Assembly (NCBI GenBank): GCA_051531975.1
Contig: JAOPTT010000002.1
Coordinates: 121,968 to 185,967, forward strand
Source of the DNA: Spirochaetaceae bacterium
Lineage (GTDB): Bacteria > Spirochaetota > Spirochaetia > DSM-2461
Length of the DNA: 64,000 nucleotides
Direction: 5' to 3'
Below are positions 40,170-49,047 of this stretch, in pieces. The first letter of the stretch is position 1. Each line of letters begins with the position of its first letter. Both the position numbers and the translations under genes were made by a program. The notes beneath the pieces were generated by a model. It saw only the letters and a program-made list of their open reading frames with translations. It ran no database searches and was not told where the DNA came from.

Positions 40170-41423
40170 ATGAATCAAATACAATTTACATTTATATATA
40201 TATCACTTTTATCATTAGAGTTTTTAACCCTATATACATTAATAATTTTAAATATAGGTTCCGTTCTAAAAAATAGAGATAAAGTACCAGACCTGTTTAA
40301 AGATTTAATAACCCCAGATATGTATGTAAAAAATGTGGCATATACAATTAAAAAAGAACACTTTTCAATTTTGAATATGATTGTTTCCACATTAATAACT
40401 CTGATTATTCTATTATCTGGAGTATTAGGCAGTGTTGAACAGTTTTTCATGGGCTTCTTTACAAATAAAACTATACTTGGTCTCTCTTTTATTGCAGGGA
40501 TATCTGTATTACAGTTTATTATAGATCTTCCATTATCTCTTTACAGTACATTTGTAATAGAAGAAGAATTTGGGTTTAATAAAATGACTCTAAAGTCATA
40601 TATCACTGATACTTTAAAACAGACAGTTCTTGGAATTATTATAGGTGGTATTTTATTAGCAGCTCTATTTTTCTTTATGGATAAAACCGGAGGAAATTGG
40701 TGGTTATGGGCATCAATATTTTTTATATCATTCCAATTAATCTTATTTTTAATCTACCCAAATTTTATTGCTCCTATATTTAATAAGTTCAAACCACTAG
40801 AAGATGGAGAATTAAAAGAAGCTCTTGAGACAATGGCCTCTAGTGCAAACTTTGCACTGAATGGAATATTTGTTATGGACGGTTCAAAAAGATCTGGTCA
40901 CTCTAATGCTTATTTTACTGGGATTGGAAAAAGCAAGCGTATAGTACTTTACGATACACTTGTTGAACAGTTAACAAACAGTGAGTTATGTGGTGTTTTA
41001 GCCCACGAGATTGGTCACTGGAAAAAAGGGCATATTAGAAAAAGACTTTTAACAACAATGTTAACTGTACCAGTAGCTTTTTATATTTTATCATTAGCTC
41101 TTAATTTTGATCCTCTGTTTTTAATGTTTAATTTAGAAACAGGGACATACCATGGAATGTTAGTTTTAATGTTAATGATTTCAAGCTCTTTTACATTCTT
41201 TTTAACACCTATCTCAAGTTATAGATCTAGAAAACATGAATTTGAGGCAGATGATTTTGCTAAAGAGATTACGGGAGAGAGTGATCCTTTAATACAGGCA
41301 CTGTTAAAACTCTCAAAAGATAATTTAAGTAACTTAACACCAGATAAAATATACTCTAGCTACCATTACTCTCATCCACCAGTGTCAGAGAGAGTTAACA
41401 ATTTAAATAGTAGTAATAAATAA
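40170..41423 (+). CDS. M48-family (Ste24-like) membrane zinc metallopeptidase
   Basis: 'FVIEEEFGFNK', 'DGSKRSGHSNAYFTG', HEIGH, 'EFEAD', 'SHPP'. Confidence 0.93.
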   Translation: MNQIQFTFIYISLLSLEFLTLYTLIILNIGSVLKNRDKVPDLFKDLITPDMYVKNVAYTIKKEHFSILNMIVSTLITLIILLSGVLGSVEQFFMGFFTNKTILGLSFIAGISVLQFIIDLPLSLYSTFVIEEEFGFNKMTLKSYITDTLKQTVLGIIIGGILLAALFFFMDKTGGNWWLWASIFFISFQLILFLIYPNFIAPIFNKFKPLEDGELKEALETMASSANFALNGIFVMDGSKRSGHSNAYFTGIGKSKRIVLYDTLVEQLTNSELCGVLAHEIGHWKKGHIRKRLLTTMLTVPVAFYILSLALNFDPLFLMFNLETGTYHGMLVLMLMISSSFTFFLTPISSYRSRKHEFEADDFAKEITGESDPLIQALLKLSKDNLSNLTPDKIYSSYHYSHPPVSERVNNLNSSNK

Positions 41424-42569
41424 TTATAGTGTTAGGCTTAAAGAGATATAGGATTGTTCAGAACCTGATATCTCTTTAACTTGAGACTCAAATCGAATAC
41501 CTACCTTAGAACACTCTTCTCCTAAATATGAGAGATAAAACATTCCCATATCAGAACCATCAGCTCCAGCTTTTCTATAAAACTCAGTCAAAGATTGTTT
41601 CTTGACCCTAGAAGACATCTGCTTATCTACCTGCTCTTTTAAAAGAGCCACTTCGGTATCTTTATTAAAAACAGCTACTTCAAATTTCCTTCTAGCACTT
41701 ATTTTTGTCTCTGATATATCGAATTTAAAACTCACTGAAAAATGAAGACCCTTCTCTTGCATCTCTTTTAGAAGACCAATTCGGGCATCTGGATCTTGTA
41801 GAATGTCTTTATATTGTAACGTTGGATAAAGCATCTTAGTATACTCTTTAAGGTTTCTATTTTCTGAGCTATTTAATAATTCCATTAACATTAAGGTGAT
41901 ATATTCGGATATTTTAGTTCTGCCCATAAACTCAATAAGAACTCTAGATATATCCATAATTAACAGTTCGTAAGTTGGTGCATCTTTAAATTTAGCTAAA
42001 ATGAACCATGAAAATGAACGTAATCCTTTTAAATATTCTTGGCAAAGAATTGCTTGACTATCGATCTCTTCTTCTGTTAATGATGAGTTGGAGGTCAAAT
42101 CTCTTTGAACTTCAAATGTTAAAGTCTCTTTTACAGACCTTACTACTTCTTTGTTTTTTTCTAAGATTTGTCTTAATACTGTTTCATTTATATTGGTTTT
42201 TCTATCTAAAATGGTTCCGTGATTATTCCTGTTCCAATTTTTAATCAGATCCGATTCCATAATAATATCAAATACCATTGCATCAAATCTCTGAACTAAA
42301 AAACCAAATACATTTCCTTTAGTTAAAGACATCATATCTTTTCTTTTAGAAGTAAATTCTGCTCTAGAAATTTCAATTCTAGAGAGATAACCAATTGAGA
42401 TCATATTTTTTACTGTATTATCATTATACTGATTAAGAGCAATACCATATTGGGTACTATTATCTGGCATTTTAAACTTATTCATAGGTTTTTTATTTTT
42501 TATAAAAAAATCTACACCAGAATCAGTAAATAGTAATTTTAAAGGCAGTTCAATTATTTTAGTTTCCAC
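41424..42569 (-). CDS. Hypothetical soluble protein; C-terminus resembles a degenerate HATPase/GHKL fold
   Basis: 381-aa ORF with normal codon usage; 'LMLMELLNSSE' and 'MGMFYLSYL' loosely resemble N and G2 boxes. Confidence 0.65.
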   Translation of the reverse strand: METKIIELPLKLLFTDSGVDFFIKNKKPMNKFKMPDNSTQYGIALNQYNDNTVKNMISIGYLSRIEISRAEFTSKRKDMMSLTKGNVFGFLVQRFDAMVFDIIMESDLIKNWNRNNHGTILDRKTNINETVLRQILEKNKEVVRSVKETLTFEVQRDLTSNSSLTEEEIDSQAILCQEYLKGLRSFSWFILAKFKDAPTYELLIMDISRVLIEFMGRTKISEYITLMLMELLNSSENRNLKEYTKMLYPTLQYKDILQDPDARIGLLKEMQEKGLHFSVSFKFDISETKISARRKFEVAVFNKDTEVALLKEQVDKQMSSRVKKQSLTEFYRKAGADGSDMGMFYLSYLGEECSKVGIRFESQVKEISGSEQSYISLSLTL

Positions 42570-42587
42570 TTAAATACCACTAATTCT

Positions 42588-43100
42588 CTACCAATGTTCA
42601 TAGTTATGAATATCGTCAAAGGATTTCCTCTCTTTTATTTCTTCTGAATGCTCACCTTTATATCCTAATGCAAGTAGGCAATAGACTCTCATGGAGAAAG
42701 GGACTGTTAATACCTTTCTTAAAATCTCTTCATCGTAGGTTGTAACGACACATGATCCTAAACCTTCATGTTCTGCTTGCAACATCATAAAAGAAGTTGC
42801 AAAGGCTAAGTCTGCAGTATGTGCAAACTGTCCATTAGGCATTTGGTAATTTATATTTGTAGTGCATACAGCTATTACTTTATCGGCAGTTTCCATAACA
42901 TCTGCACCATAACAAGCTTCTTTTACTATTTTTTTTACTTTTTCTTCAGAGATAGTGATGAATCTCCAGGGTTGTCTATTTTTTGCTGAAGGAGCTAACC
43001 TTCCAGCCTCTACTACATTTTCTATAATTGATGTATCAATATTTTTAGCTATAAAATTTCTACACGATACACGATCTTTTATTAAACTAAGAATTTCCAT
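42588..43100 (-). CDS. Nitroreductase-family protein
   Basis: 'RVSCRNF', 'APSAKNRQPWRF', 'GLGSC', 'LALGY'; start ATG 43100 (track: TTG 43106). Confidence 0.92.
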   Translation of the reverse strand: MEILSLIKDRVSCRNFIAKNIDTSIIENVVEAGRLAPSAKNRQPWRFITISEEKVKKIVKEACYGADVMETADKVIAVCTTNINYQMPNGQFAHTADLAFATSFMMLQAEHEGLGSCVVTTYDEEILRKVLTVPFSMRVYCLLALGYKGEHSEEIKERKSFDDIHNYEHW

Positions 43101-43220
43101 GCCCAAAGTTTACCATAACTATTAAGTTGTTGGAAATGATTTCGGAAAAGTTGCCTATATTTTTAACGATTTTCTACTAACTTTATTGACCTGTCACCAT
43201 ACTTCCCATATGCTCAACTT

Positions 43221-44543
43221 ATGTTACGGAAAATTATTTTCATTTTACTAATTTTATATACAATATTACCAATATTCTCAAATAATAAGATAGTACTATT
43301 AACAAGTAACAATGATACATATAATCATATATCAAAACTCTTAAATAACAGTGATAATATAAATCTAACAGAAATCATAATAATAGAAGTAAATGACAAC
43401 CTAGAAATATCTGATTATTCAGGCTCTAAAGAGTATCTAGAAAAAGAGTTATTAAATTATCCTAGAGCAATAATTTATCTAGAAATAACTGAATCAGATA
43501 AAATAAATATTTATGGTTTCACCCCAGGACTTCTGCCTAATATTGAGATAACACAAAATATAATCACCAGTTTCAGGCTGGGAAAAGACGCAGCTAGGTT
43601 GTTTCCATTATATGTCACAAGATTGATACAATCCCATGGATTAGTTGATATATTTAATTCCCACGATATACCACTACTTCTGTTAAGTGGAAACATTAGG
43701 TTAGAGAGACTTGTAGATACTTTAAAGGTAAACCCCAAAAATATAAAAAATCCTTCTTTATATTATATTTTTTCTATTTTAAATAACACATATTTTATAG
43801 ATAGTAAGCTTCTATTTATTATAAATATAAGTTTTATAATATTGATAGTTTTATTGATTACTTTTTTTTCAAAAAGATTAAAGTTTCACATAAAATTAAA
43901 TAGGTATTACATATTAACTATTCCATTAAAAATACTATTTATTTTTATATTCTATTTCATTTCCACACTTGTCATTACTTTTATATCAGGATTAGCTGGG
44001 GATGGATTTATTGAAAAGTTTCCAAAAACTATATTTGTAATTAAAAACTTGATTCTATTTTTTATTTATGGGATTTCATTTCAGATAATTAAAGATGAAG
44101 GATTCTCAAAATCTCCATATTTCTACTCTTATATAAGCTTTTTTATATCTATATTTATATACTTTATATCTTGCATTATATTTTTACCATTAGGTTTATA
44201 TCAGATTTGGCCAATAATAATGACAATACTTTTTATACTTTTCAGATCGAATATAATAAAAAGTCTACTTTTATTGATATCCCCATTAATATTAATTTTA
44301 ATCTTTTCAAAGTTCTTATTACCTGGAAACAGCCAGGCATTACAGCTACTAATAAGCTCTAAATATACGGGAAACATACTATTAACCATAATTATTACGC
44401 CATACATATTTTTACAAGATAGTTATTATAGATTCTCCCACAGAAGACATAAATATTTAAGTAATAGTAAAGATATAATCATTAGTTTATTTACACTAAC
44501 ATTTACTATAACAATTACAGCAATTTTATTAGAATTACATTAA
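43221..44543 (+). CDS. Hypothetical polytopic membrane protein with N-terminal exported domain
   Basis: Signal-like N-terminus, ~170-aa soluble region, then multiple TM helices; preceded by TTGACC-17-TATGCT. Confidence 0.7.
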   Translation: MLRKIIFILLILYTILPIFSNNKIVLLTSNNDTYNHISKLLNNSDNINLTEIIIIEVNDNLEISDYSGSKEYLEKELLNYPRAIIYLEITESDKINIYGFTPGLLPNIEITQNIITSFRLGKDAARLFPLYVTRLIQSHGLVDIFNSHDIPLLLLSGNIRLERLVDTLKVNPKNIKNPSLYYIFSILNNTYFIDSKLLFIINISFIILIVLLITFFSKRLKFHIKLNRYYILTIPLKILFIFIFYFISTLVITFISGLAGDGFIEKFPKTIFVIKNLILFFIYGISFQIIKDEGFSKSPYFYSYISFFISIFIYFISCIIFLPLGLYQIWPIIMTILFILFRSNIIKSLLLLISPLILILIFSKFLLPGNSQALQLLISSKYTGNILLTIIITPYIFLQDSYYRFSHRRHKYLSNSKDIIISLFTLTFTITITAILLELH

Positions 44544-44558
44544 ATTAAAAAAATATTC

Positions 44559-44617
44559 TTGACAAATCCAATATAAAAAGTGATAGTTAATCAGACTAAA
44601 AACACTACATGTAGTGT
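44559..44617 (+). promoter_or_regulatory. nrd operon promoter and NrdR box
   Basis: TTGACA (44559-64), 17 bp, GATAGT; perfect palindrome ACACTACATGTAGTGT (44602-44617) matches the acaCwAtATaTwGtgt consensus. Confidence 0.85.
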
Positions 44618-44634
44618 GAATGAGAGAAATAAGT

Positions 44635-45084
44635 ATGAAATGTCCTCTATGTGGACTAATTCAGGACAAAGTACTTGAATCAAGACAAAATAGTAGTGGA
44701 ACCTCTATCAGACGTAGGAGAGAGTGTGCAGCTTGTAGCTACAGATTCACGTCATATGAGAAGATAGAAGAGATACCTTTAATGGTTGTAAAACATGATG
44801 GTAGACGTCAGCCTTTCGACATAAAAAAGATAGAAAGAGGACTTTCTAGGGCTGTAGAGAAACGACCAGTACCACAATTAACCATTGAAAAGACACTACA
44901 TGATATTGAAGACGAATCAGAACTTGGTGGAAAAGCCAGTCACGAGATTTCTTCTGATTTCCTCGGAGATCTGATTCTTCAAAAGTTATCAAGCATTGAT
45001 AAAGTTGCATATATTAGATTTGCATCTGTATATAGAAAATTTGAAAATGTTGATGAATTTATAGAAGAAATTGAAAAATTATAG
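44635..45084 (+). CDS. nrdR: Transcriptional repressor NrdR
   Basis: MKCPLC...VLESR...IRRRREC..C..RFTSYE zinc ribbon plus ATP cone; 'VAYIRFASVYR'. Start 44635 (track: 44620). Confidence 0.96.
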   Translation: MKCPLCGLIQDKVLESRQNSSGTSIRRRRECAACSYRFTSYEKIEEIPLMVVKHDGRRQPFDIKKIERGLSRAVEKRPVPQLTIEKTLHDIEDESELGGKASHEISSDFLGDLILQKLSSIDKVAYIRFASVYRKFENVDEFIEEIEKL

Positions 45085-45106
45085 AATAAAGTAAAAGGAG
45101 AGTTTT

Positions 45107-47200
45107 TTGGGAAGTATTGATTGGAATGAAATTTTAGGGGACAAAAAATTAACTATACCTAAAACTGGTATAAAAAAAATTATTAGACGTGATGGTACTA
45201 TTGATACCTATAAACCTGAAAAAATTGCGAATGCCATATCTAAAGCAATTGAAGCTGTACGGGGAGTTAACGACCCAGAATTAGATAAAAGATTAACTAC
45301 ATTAACCGAGGCTAAATTAGAGGAATTTCAACTTACAAGACATCCAAACTCAATACCTGCTATCGAAGAGATTCAAGACCTTGTTGAGACAGCTTTAATT
45401 GAAGCTAAAGAGGTAGATATTGCAAAAGCATATATACTTTATAGATCTAGACATGAAGCTATAAGAGATCGAGATAAATTACTTTTAGACATAGATGAAA
45501 CTATGGACGGTTACCTATCCCAATCAGATTGGAGAGTTAATGAAAATGCCAACGTAAATTTTTCATTAGGTGGCCTAATTTTACATAACTCAGGAACAAT
45601 AACAGCAAACTACTGGCTAAAAAATATATATACAAAAGATATATCCGAAGCACATAAATCAGGGGCGTTTCATATTCATGATCTTTCCATGTTCTCAGGT
45701 TATTGTGCTGGTTGGTCACTAAGACAACTAATAAAAGATGGTCTTGGTGGAGTTTCAGAAAAAATAACTTCTAAACCTGCAACTCATTTATCTACTTTAA
45801 TGTTTCAAATTGTAAACTTTTTAGGAATCATGCAAAACGAGTGGGCTGGAGCTCAGGCTCTTTCTAGTTTTGATACATTCTTAGCACCATTTGTAAGGGC
45901 TGATAAATTATCTTATAAAGAGGTAAAACAGGCAGTACAAAGCTTTATTTTTGGTGTAAATACTCCTTCTAGATGGGGAAGCCAAGCACCATTTACAAAT
46001 ATTACATTAGACTGGGTCTGCCCTAAAGATCAAATTGGAAAACCAGCTGTAGTTGGTGGTAAAGAACAAGACTTTACATACGACGATTGTACTAAAGAGA
46101 TGGAGATGGTTAACAAAGCATTTCTAGAACTTATGTTACAAGGTGATGCAAACGGTCGTGGTTTTGCATACCCTATTCCAACATATAATATTACCCCTGA
46201 TTTTGATTGGGATACAGAAAATGCAAAGATACTTTTTGAGATCACTGCAAAGTACGGTACTCCATACTTTCAAAACTTTGTTAACAGCGATCTGAATCCA
46301 GAAGATGTAAGATCTATGTGTTGTAGATTACAACTTGATAAACGTGAATTAAGAAAACGTGGTGGTGGACTATTTGGAAGTGATGAATTAACAGGTTCAA
46401 TTGGAGTTGTAACGATTAATCTGCCTAGAATTGGTTATTTAAGTAATACAAAAGAGGAATTCTACCAAAACTTAGGCCATATGATGGATTTAGCTGCAAC
46501 TTCTCTGGTTTTAAAACGTAAAGTTGTTAACAAAATGATGGAAAATGGTCTGTTTCCTTATACAAGAAAGTACTTAAAAAACATGAATAATCACTTCTCT
46601 ACTATTGGTTTAGTTGGTATGAATGAGTGTCTTAGAAACTATAAGTCCCTTGATCTAACATCAAAAGAGGGCCAGGATACTGCCAATGAGATTTTAATTT
46701 TCATGAGAGATAGATTAGCAGATTATCAGGAGAAAACTGGAGACCTTTACAACCTTGAAGCGACACCAGCGGAAAGTACAAGTTATAGACTTGCTAAACA
46801 TGATAAAAAATATTACCCAAATATAATTACTGCTGGAGAAAATGATCCATATTATACAAACTCAACACAACTTCCAGTAGATTTTACAAGAGACATCTTT
46901 GAAGCATTAGATCTACAGGATGCACTACAAACAAAATATACAGGTGGTACAGTTTTCCACGGTATGTTAGGAGAGGCTATAAAGGATTGGAAAGCGTGCA
47001 GAAAGCTTGTTAAAACGATTTCTGCTAACTACAGGTTACCATTCTTCTCAATTTCGCCGATATTCTCTATATGTAGTGTTCATGGTTACTTAGCGGGAGC
47101 ACATGATAACTGCCCAAAATGCAAAGATGAGGAAGCAGCAAAAATAAAGAAACAGATTGACGAGCTTAAACAACAAAAAATTACAAATGGAGAGAGTTAA
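45107..47200 (+). CDS. nrdD: Anaerobic (class III) ribonucleoside-triphosphate reductase catalytic subunit, lacking the C-terminal glycyl-radical motif
   Basis: ATP cone, 'HIHDL', 'YCAG', finger loop 'SMCCRL', 'GSIGVVTINLPR', 'YNLEATPAES', 'YYTNS', C-terminal CSVH/CPKC; no RIVGY motif. Confidence 0.95.
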   Translation: MGSIDWNEILGDKKLTIPKTGIKKIIRRDGTIDTYKPEKIANAISKAIEAVRGVNDPELDKRLTTLTEAKLEEFQLTRHPNSIPAIEEIQDLVETALIEAKEVDIAKAYILYRSRHEAIRDRDKLLLDIDETMDGYLSQSDWRVNENANVNFSLGGLILHNSGTITANYWLKNIYTKDISEAHKSGAFHIHDLSMFSGYCAGWSLRQLIKDGLGGVSEKITSKPATHLSTLMFQIVNFLGIMQNEWAGAQALSSFDTFLAPFVRADKLSYKEVKQAVQSFIFGVNTPSRWGSQAPFTNITLDWVCPKDQIGKPAVVGGKEQDFTYDDCTKEMEMVNKAFLELMLQGDANGRGFAYPIPTYNITPDFDWDTENAKILFEITAKYGTPYFQNFVNSDLNPEDVRSMCCRLQLDKRELRKRGGGLFGSDELTGSIGVVTINLPRIGYLSNTKEEFYQNLGHMMDLAATSLVLKRKVVNKMMENGLFPYTRKYLKNMNNHFSTIGLVGMNECLRNYKSLDLTSKEGQDTANEILIFMRDRLADYQEKTGDLYNLEATPAESTSYRLAKHDKKYYPNIITAGENDPYYTNSTQLPVDFTRDIFEALDLQDALQTKYTGGTVFHGMLGEAIKDWKACRKLVKTISANYRLPFFSISPIFSICSVHGYLAGAHDNCPKCKDEEAAKIKKQIDELKQQKITNGES

Positions 47201-47201
47201 A

Positions 47202-47726
47202 ATGATTCAGACAAAAAGTAAAGTAGACGACAAGATTGAAGCTTTAGAGCAACAATTATTAACAGTGAAAGGTAGAGAAACTGAGAAGTATGCCAGAATA
47301 GTTGGCTACTACAGAGCTGTAAAAAATTGGAACAAAGGAAAAGCTGAAGAGTATAAATTTAGAGTAAGCTTTAGTGAAAAATCTTTTGAAAGATCCATAA
47401 ATGGTTCTGTCGAATCTAAAACTGAAACTCAAAAAACTGAATCTTTTAAAAACATTGCTCAGGCTGTTGGAGAGGTAGATAGCTATATGTTTTTTTATAG
47501 AACTACATGCCCTAACTGTCCTCCTGTAAAAGCAGTAATTAAAAACTTAATCTTAGCAGGTGAGAGTATTAATGCTGATAGTGCAAAAGGTTTTACTAAA
47601 GCTGCTATACATGAAATCTTTACTGCTCCAACTGTTGTACTTCTAGATAATAATAAAAAAGAGATCACTAGAACTTCTAATGTAACTGATCTTAAAATAC
47701 TACTAAAAGAACTAAATATTAATTAA
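47202..47726 (+). CDS. Stand-alone NrdD glycyl-radical domain fused to a thioredoxin/glutaredoxin-like domain
   Basis: GGAGA RBS (47189-93) and ATG 47202 just after the nrdD stop; 'ETEKYARIVGYYRAVKNWNKGKAEEYKFR'; C-terminal 'FFYRTTCPNCPPVK...APTVVLLD'. Confidence 0.85.
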   Translation: MIQTKSKVDDKIEALEQQLLTVKGRETEKYARIVGYYRAVKNWNKGKAEEYKFRVSFSEKSFERSINGSVESKTETQKTESFKNIAQAVGEVDSYMFFYRTTCPNCPPVKAVIKNLILAGESINADSAKGFTKAAIHEIFTAPTVVLLDNNKKEITRTSNVTDLKILLKELNIN

Positions 47727-48400
47727 TGAAGATAAAATTAGGAGGGTTTATTCCAACGACCCTCTTAGACTACCCAGGGGAAATAGCATCTGTTCTATTT
47801 CTCCCTGGCTGTAATCTTAAATGCCCATACTGCCACAACCCATCTATAGTTAATCCACTAAATGATACATTAGACAATATTGATATAATTTTAGAAGCGA
47901 TTGATAAAAGAAAACATCTTATTAGTGGAGTTGTAATATCCGGTGGAGAACCAACCTTATACCAAGATTTAAATGAGTATATTACATACTTTCAGAACCT
48001 TGGATTAAAAGTAAAGTTAGATACAAATGGAACAAACCCAGATCTGCTTAAAAAATTAAAACCAAATTATATTGCCATGGATCTTAAAACCAGCTTAGAG
48101 AAGTATGTTGCTATCGGATATAAGGGTAGTTCAGAAATAAAAGAGAGTTTAGACTGGATTAAAAATAGTGGTATAGACTATGAAATAAGAACAACTGCAG
48201 CACCTATTATTTTTACTAAGGATGACCTAAAACAGATGTTACCACTTTTAAAAGATGTGAAGAATTATTATATTACTAATTTTAGAAATTCTGAGACCTT
48301 GGTGCCAGCGTATAATCTTAATACACCATATAGTGATTATGAGTTAGAAGAGTTTGTGAAAATCTGTAAGGATGCAGGAATTAACTGCACCCTTAGATAA
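47726..48400 (+). CDS. nrdG: Anaerobic RNR activating radical SAM enzyme
   Basis: 'LLDYPG', CNLKCPYCHN (CxxxCxxC), 'SGGEPT', 'KLDTNG'. Confidence 0.95.
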   Translation: MKIKLGGFIPTTLLDYPGEIASVLFLPGCNLKCPYCHNPSIVNPLNDTLDNIDIILEAIDKRKHLISGVVISGGEPTLYQDLNEYITYFQNLGLKVKLDTNGTNPDLLKKLKPNYIAMDLKTSLEKYVAIGYKGSSEIKESLDWIKNSGIDYEIRTTAAPIIFTKDDLKQMLPLLKDVKNYYITNFRNSETLVPAYNLNTPYSDYELEEFVKICKDAGINCTLR

Positions 48401-48835
48401 TTATTTTAATATTTGTAGGATTCGTTCAAGAACTTTTTTTCTATCAAGTGGTTTAACAATATAGTTTTTTGCACCTGCTAAAAGAGACTTTTTAACTAAC
48501 TCTTCTTTACCTAATGCACTAATCATTATAACCTTTGCTTCTTTATCAAACTCAATAATTTTCTCTAGGGAAGTTACACCATCCATCTTAGGCATAGTAA
48601 TATCCATAGTTACAAGATCAACGTTGGGATGATGTTGTTTATACATCTCAAGACCTTCAGCACCATCACAAGCTTGAGCTACAACCTCAAAACCCTCGCT
48701 GGTTAAAATCTGAGATATCTGCTTACGCACAAACATTGAATCATCTACTACTAGTACTTTATAAGATTGCCCTGTATCACTTAAACCATCAGGGGATTTT
48801 GTATTTATAGACGGGAAGTCAGAATTTGTCTTCAT
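48401..48835 (-). CDS. cheY: Chemotaxis response regulator CheY (spirochete type with N-terminal extension)
   Basis: 'FPSIN...VLVVDDSMFVRKQISQIL', 'MDITMP', 'YIVKP'. Confidence 0.9.
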   Translation of the reverse strand: MKTNSDFPSINTKSPDGLSDTGQSYKVLVVDDSMFVRKQISQILTSEGFEVVAQACDGAEGLEMYKQHHPNVDLVTMDITMPKMDGVTSLEKIIEFDKEAKVIMISALGKEELVKKSLLAGAKNYIVKPLDRKKVLERILQILK

Positions 48836-48932
48836 CAGTTACTCCATTATTTTATTTATAATATATAGTTAGTTTAAACACCCATGGTACATTTAGCAAT
48901 AGAAAAAAATTATATTTTCCAATTGAAAAAAA

Positions 48933-48990
48933 CTTTCTACCCTTTGGTAGAATTTCTTTCTACCCTTGGGTAGAAAATCTTTCTACCCTA
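48933..48990. repeat. 2.5 tandem copies of a 23-bp palindromic unit (CTTTCTACCCTTKGGTAGAAWWT) between divergent cheY and hisD-like genes
   Basis: Units at 48933, 48956, 48979; TTTCTACCC-tt-GGGTAGAAA is a perfect inverted repeat in unit 2. Confidence 0.85.
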
Positions 48991-49047
48991 TTGAGGTTTT
49001 ATTTACTAGGAAGTATCTTTATTTTAATATAAATGAGAGGGGAAAAC

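Noticed and set aside
39933..40184. Three short ORFs (39933-40184 minus, 39954-40154, 39967-40161)
   Set aside because: Artefacts of a stop-free 27-bp repeat; no RBS; they overlap a terminator
44566..44581. Second NrdR box
   Set aside because: Only the left half (CAATAT) fits the consensus; too weak to call
47157..47201. nrdD as a frameshifted pseudogene or programmed +1 frameshift at the A6 run
   Set aside because: Disfavoured but not excluded: the downstream ORF has its own SD and ATG right after the stop, and both sides carry extra helices absent from canonical NrdD
48933..48990. Cas12a-type repeat handle (TTTCTAC...GTAGA)
   Set aside because: Only the short stem resembles it; no spacers, wrong flanks, no cas genes
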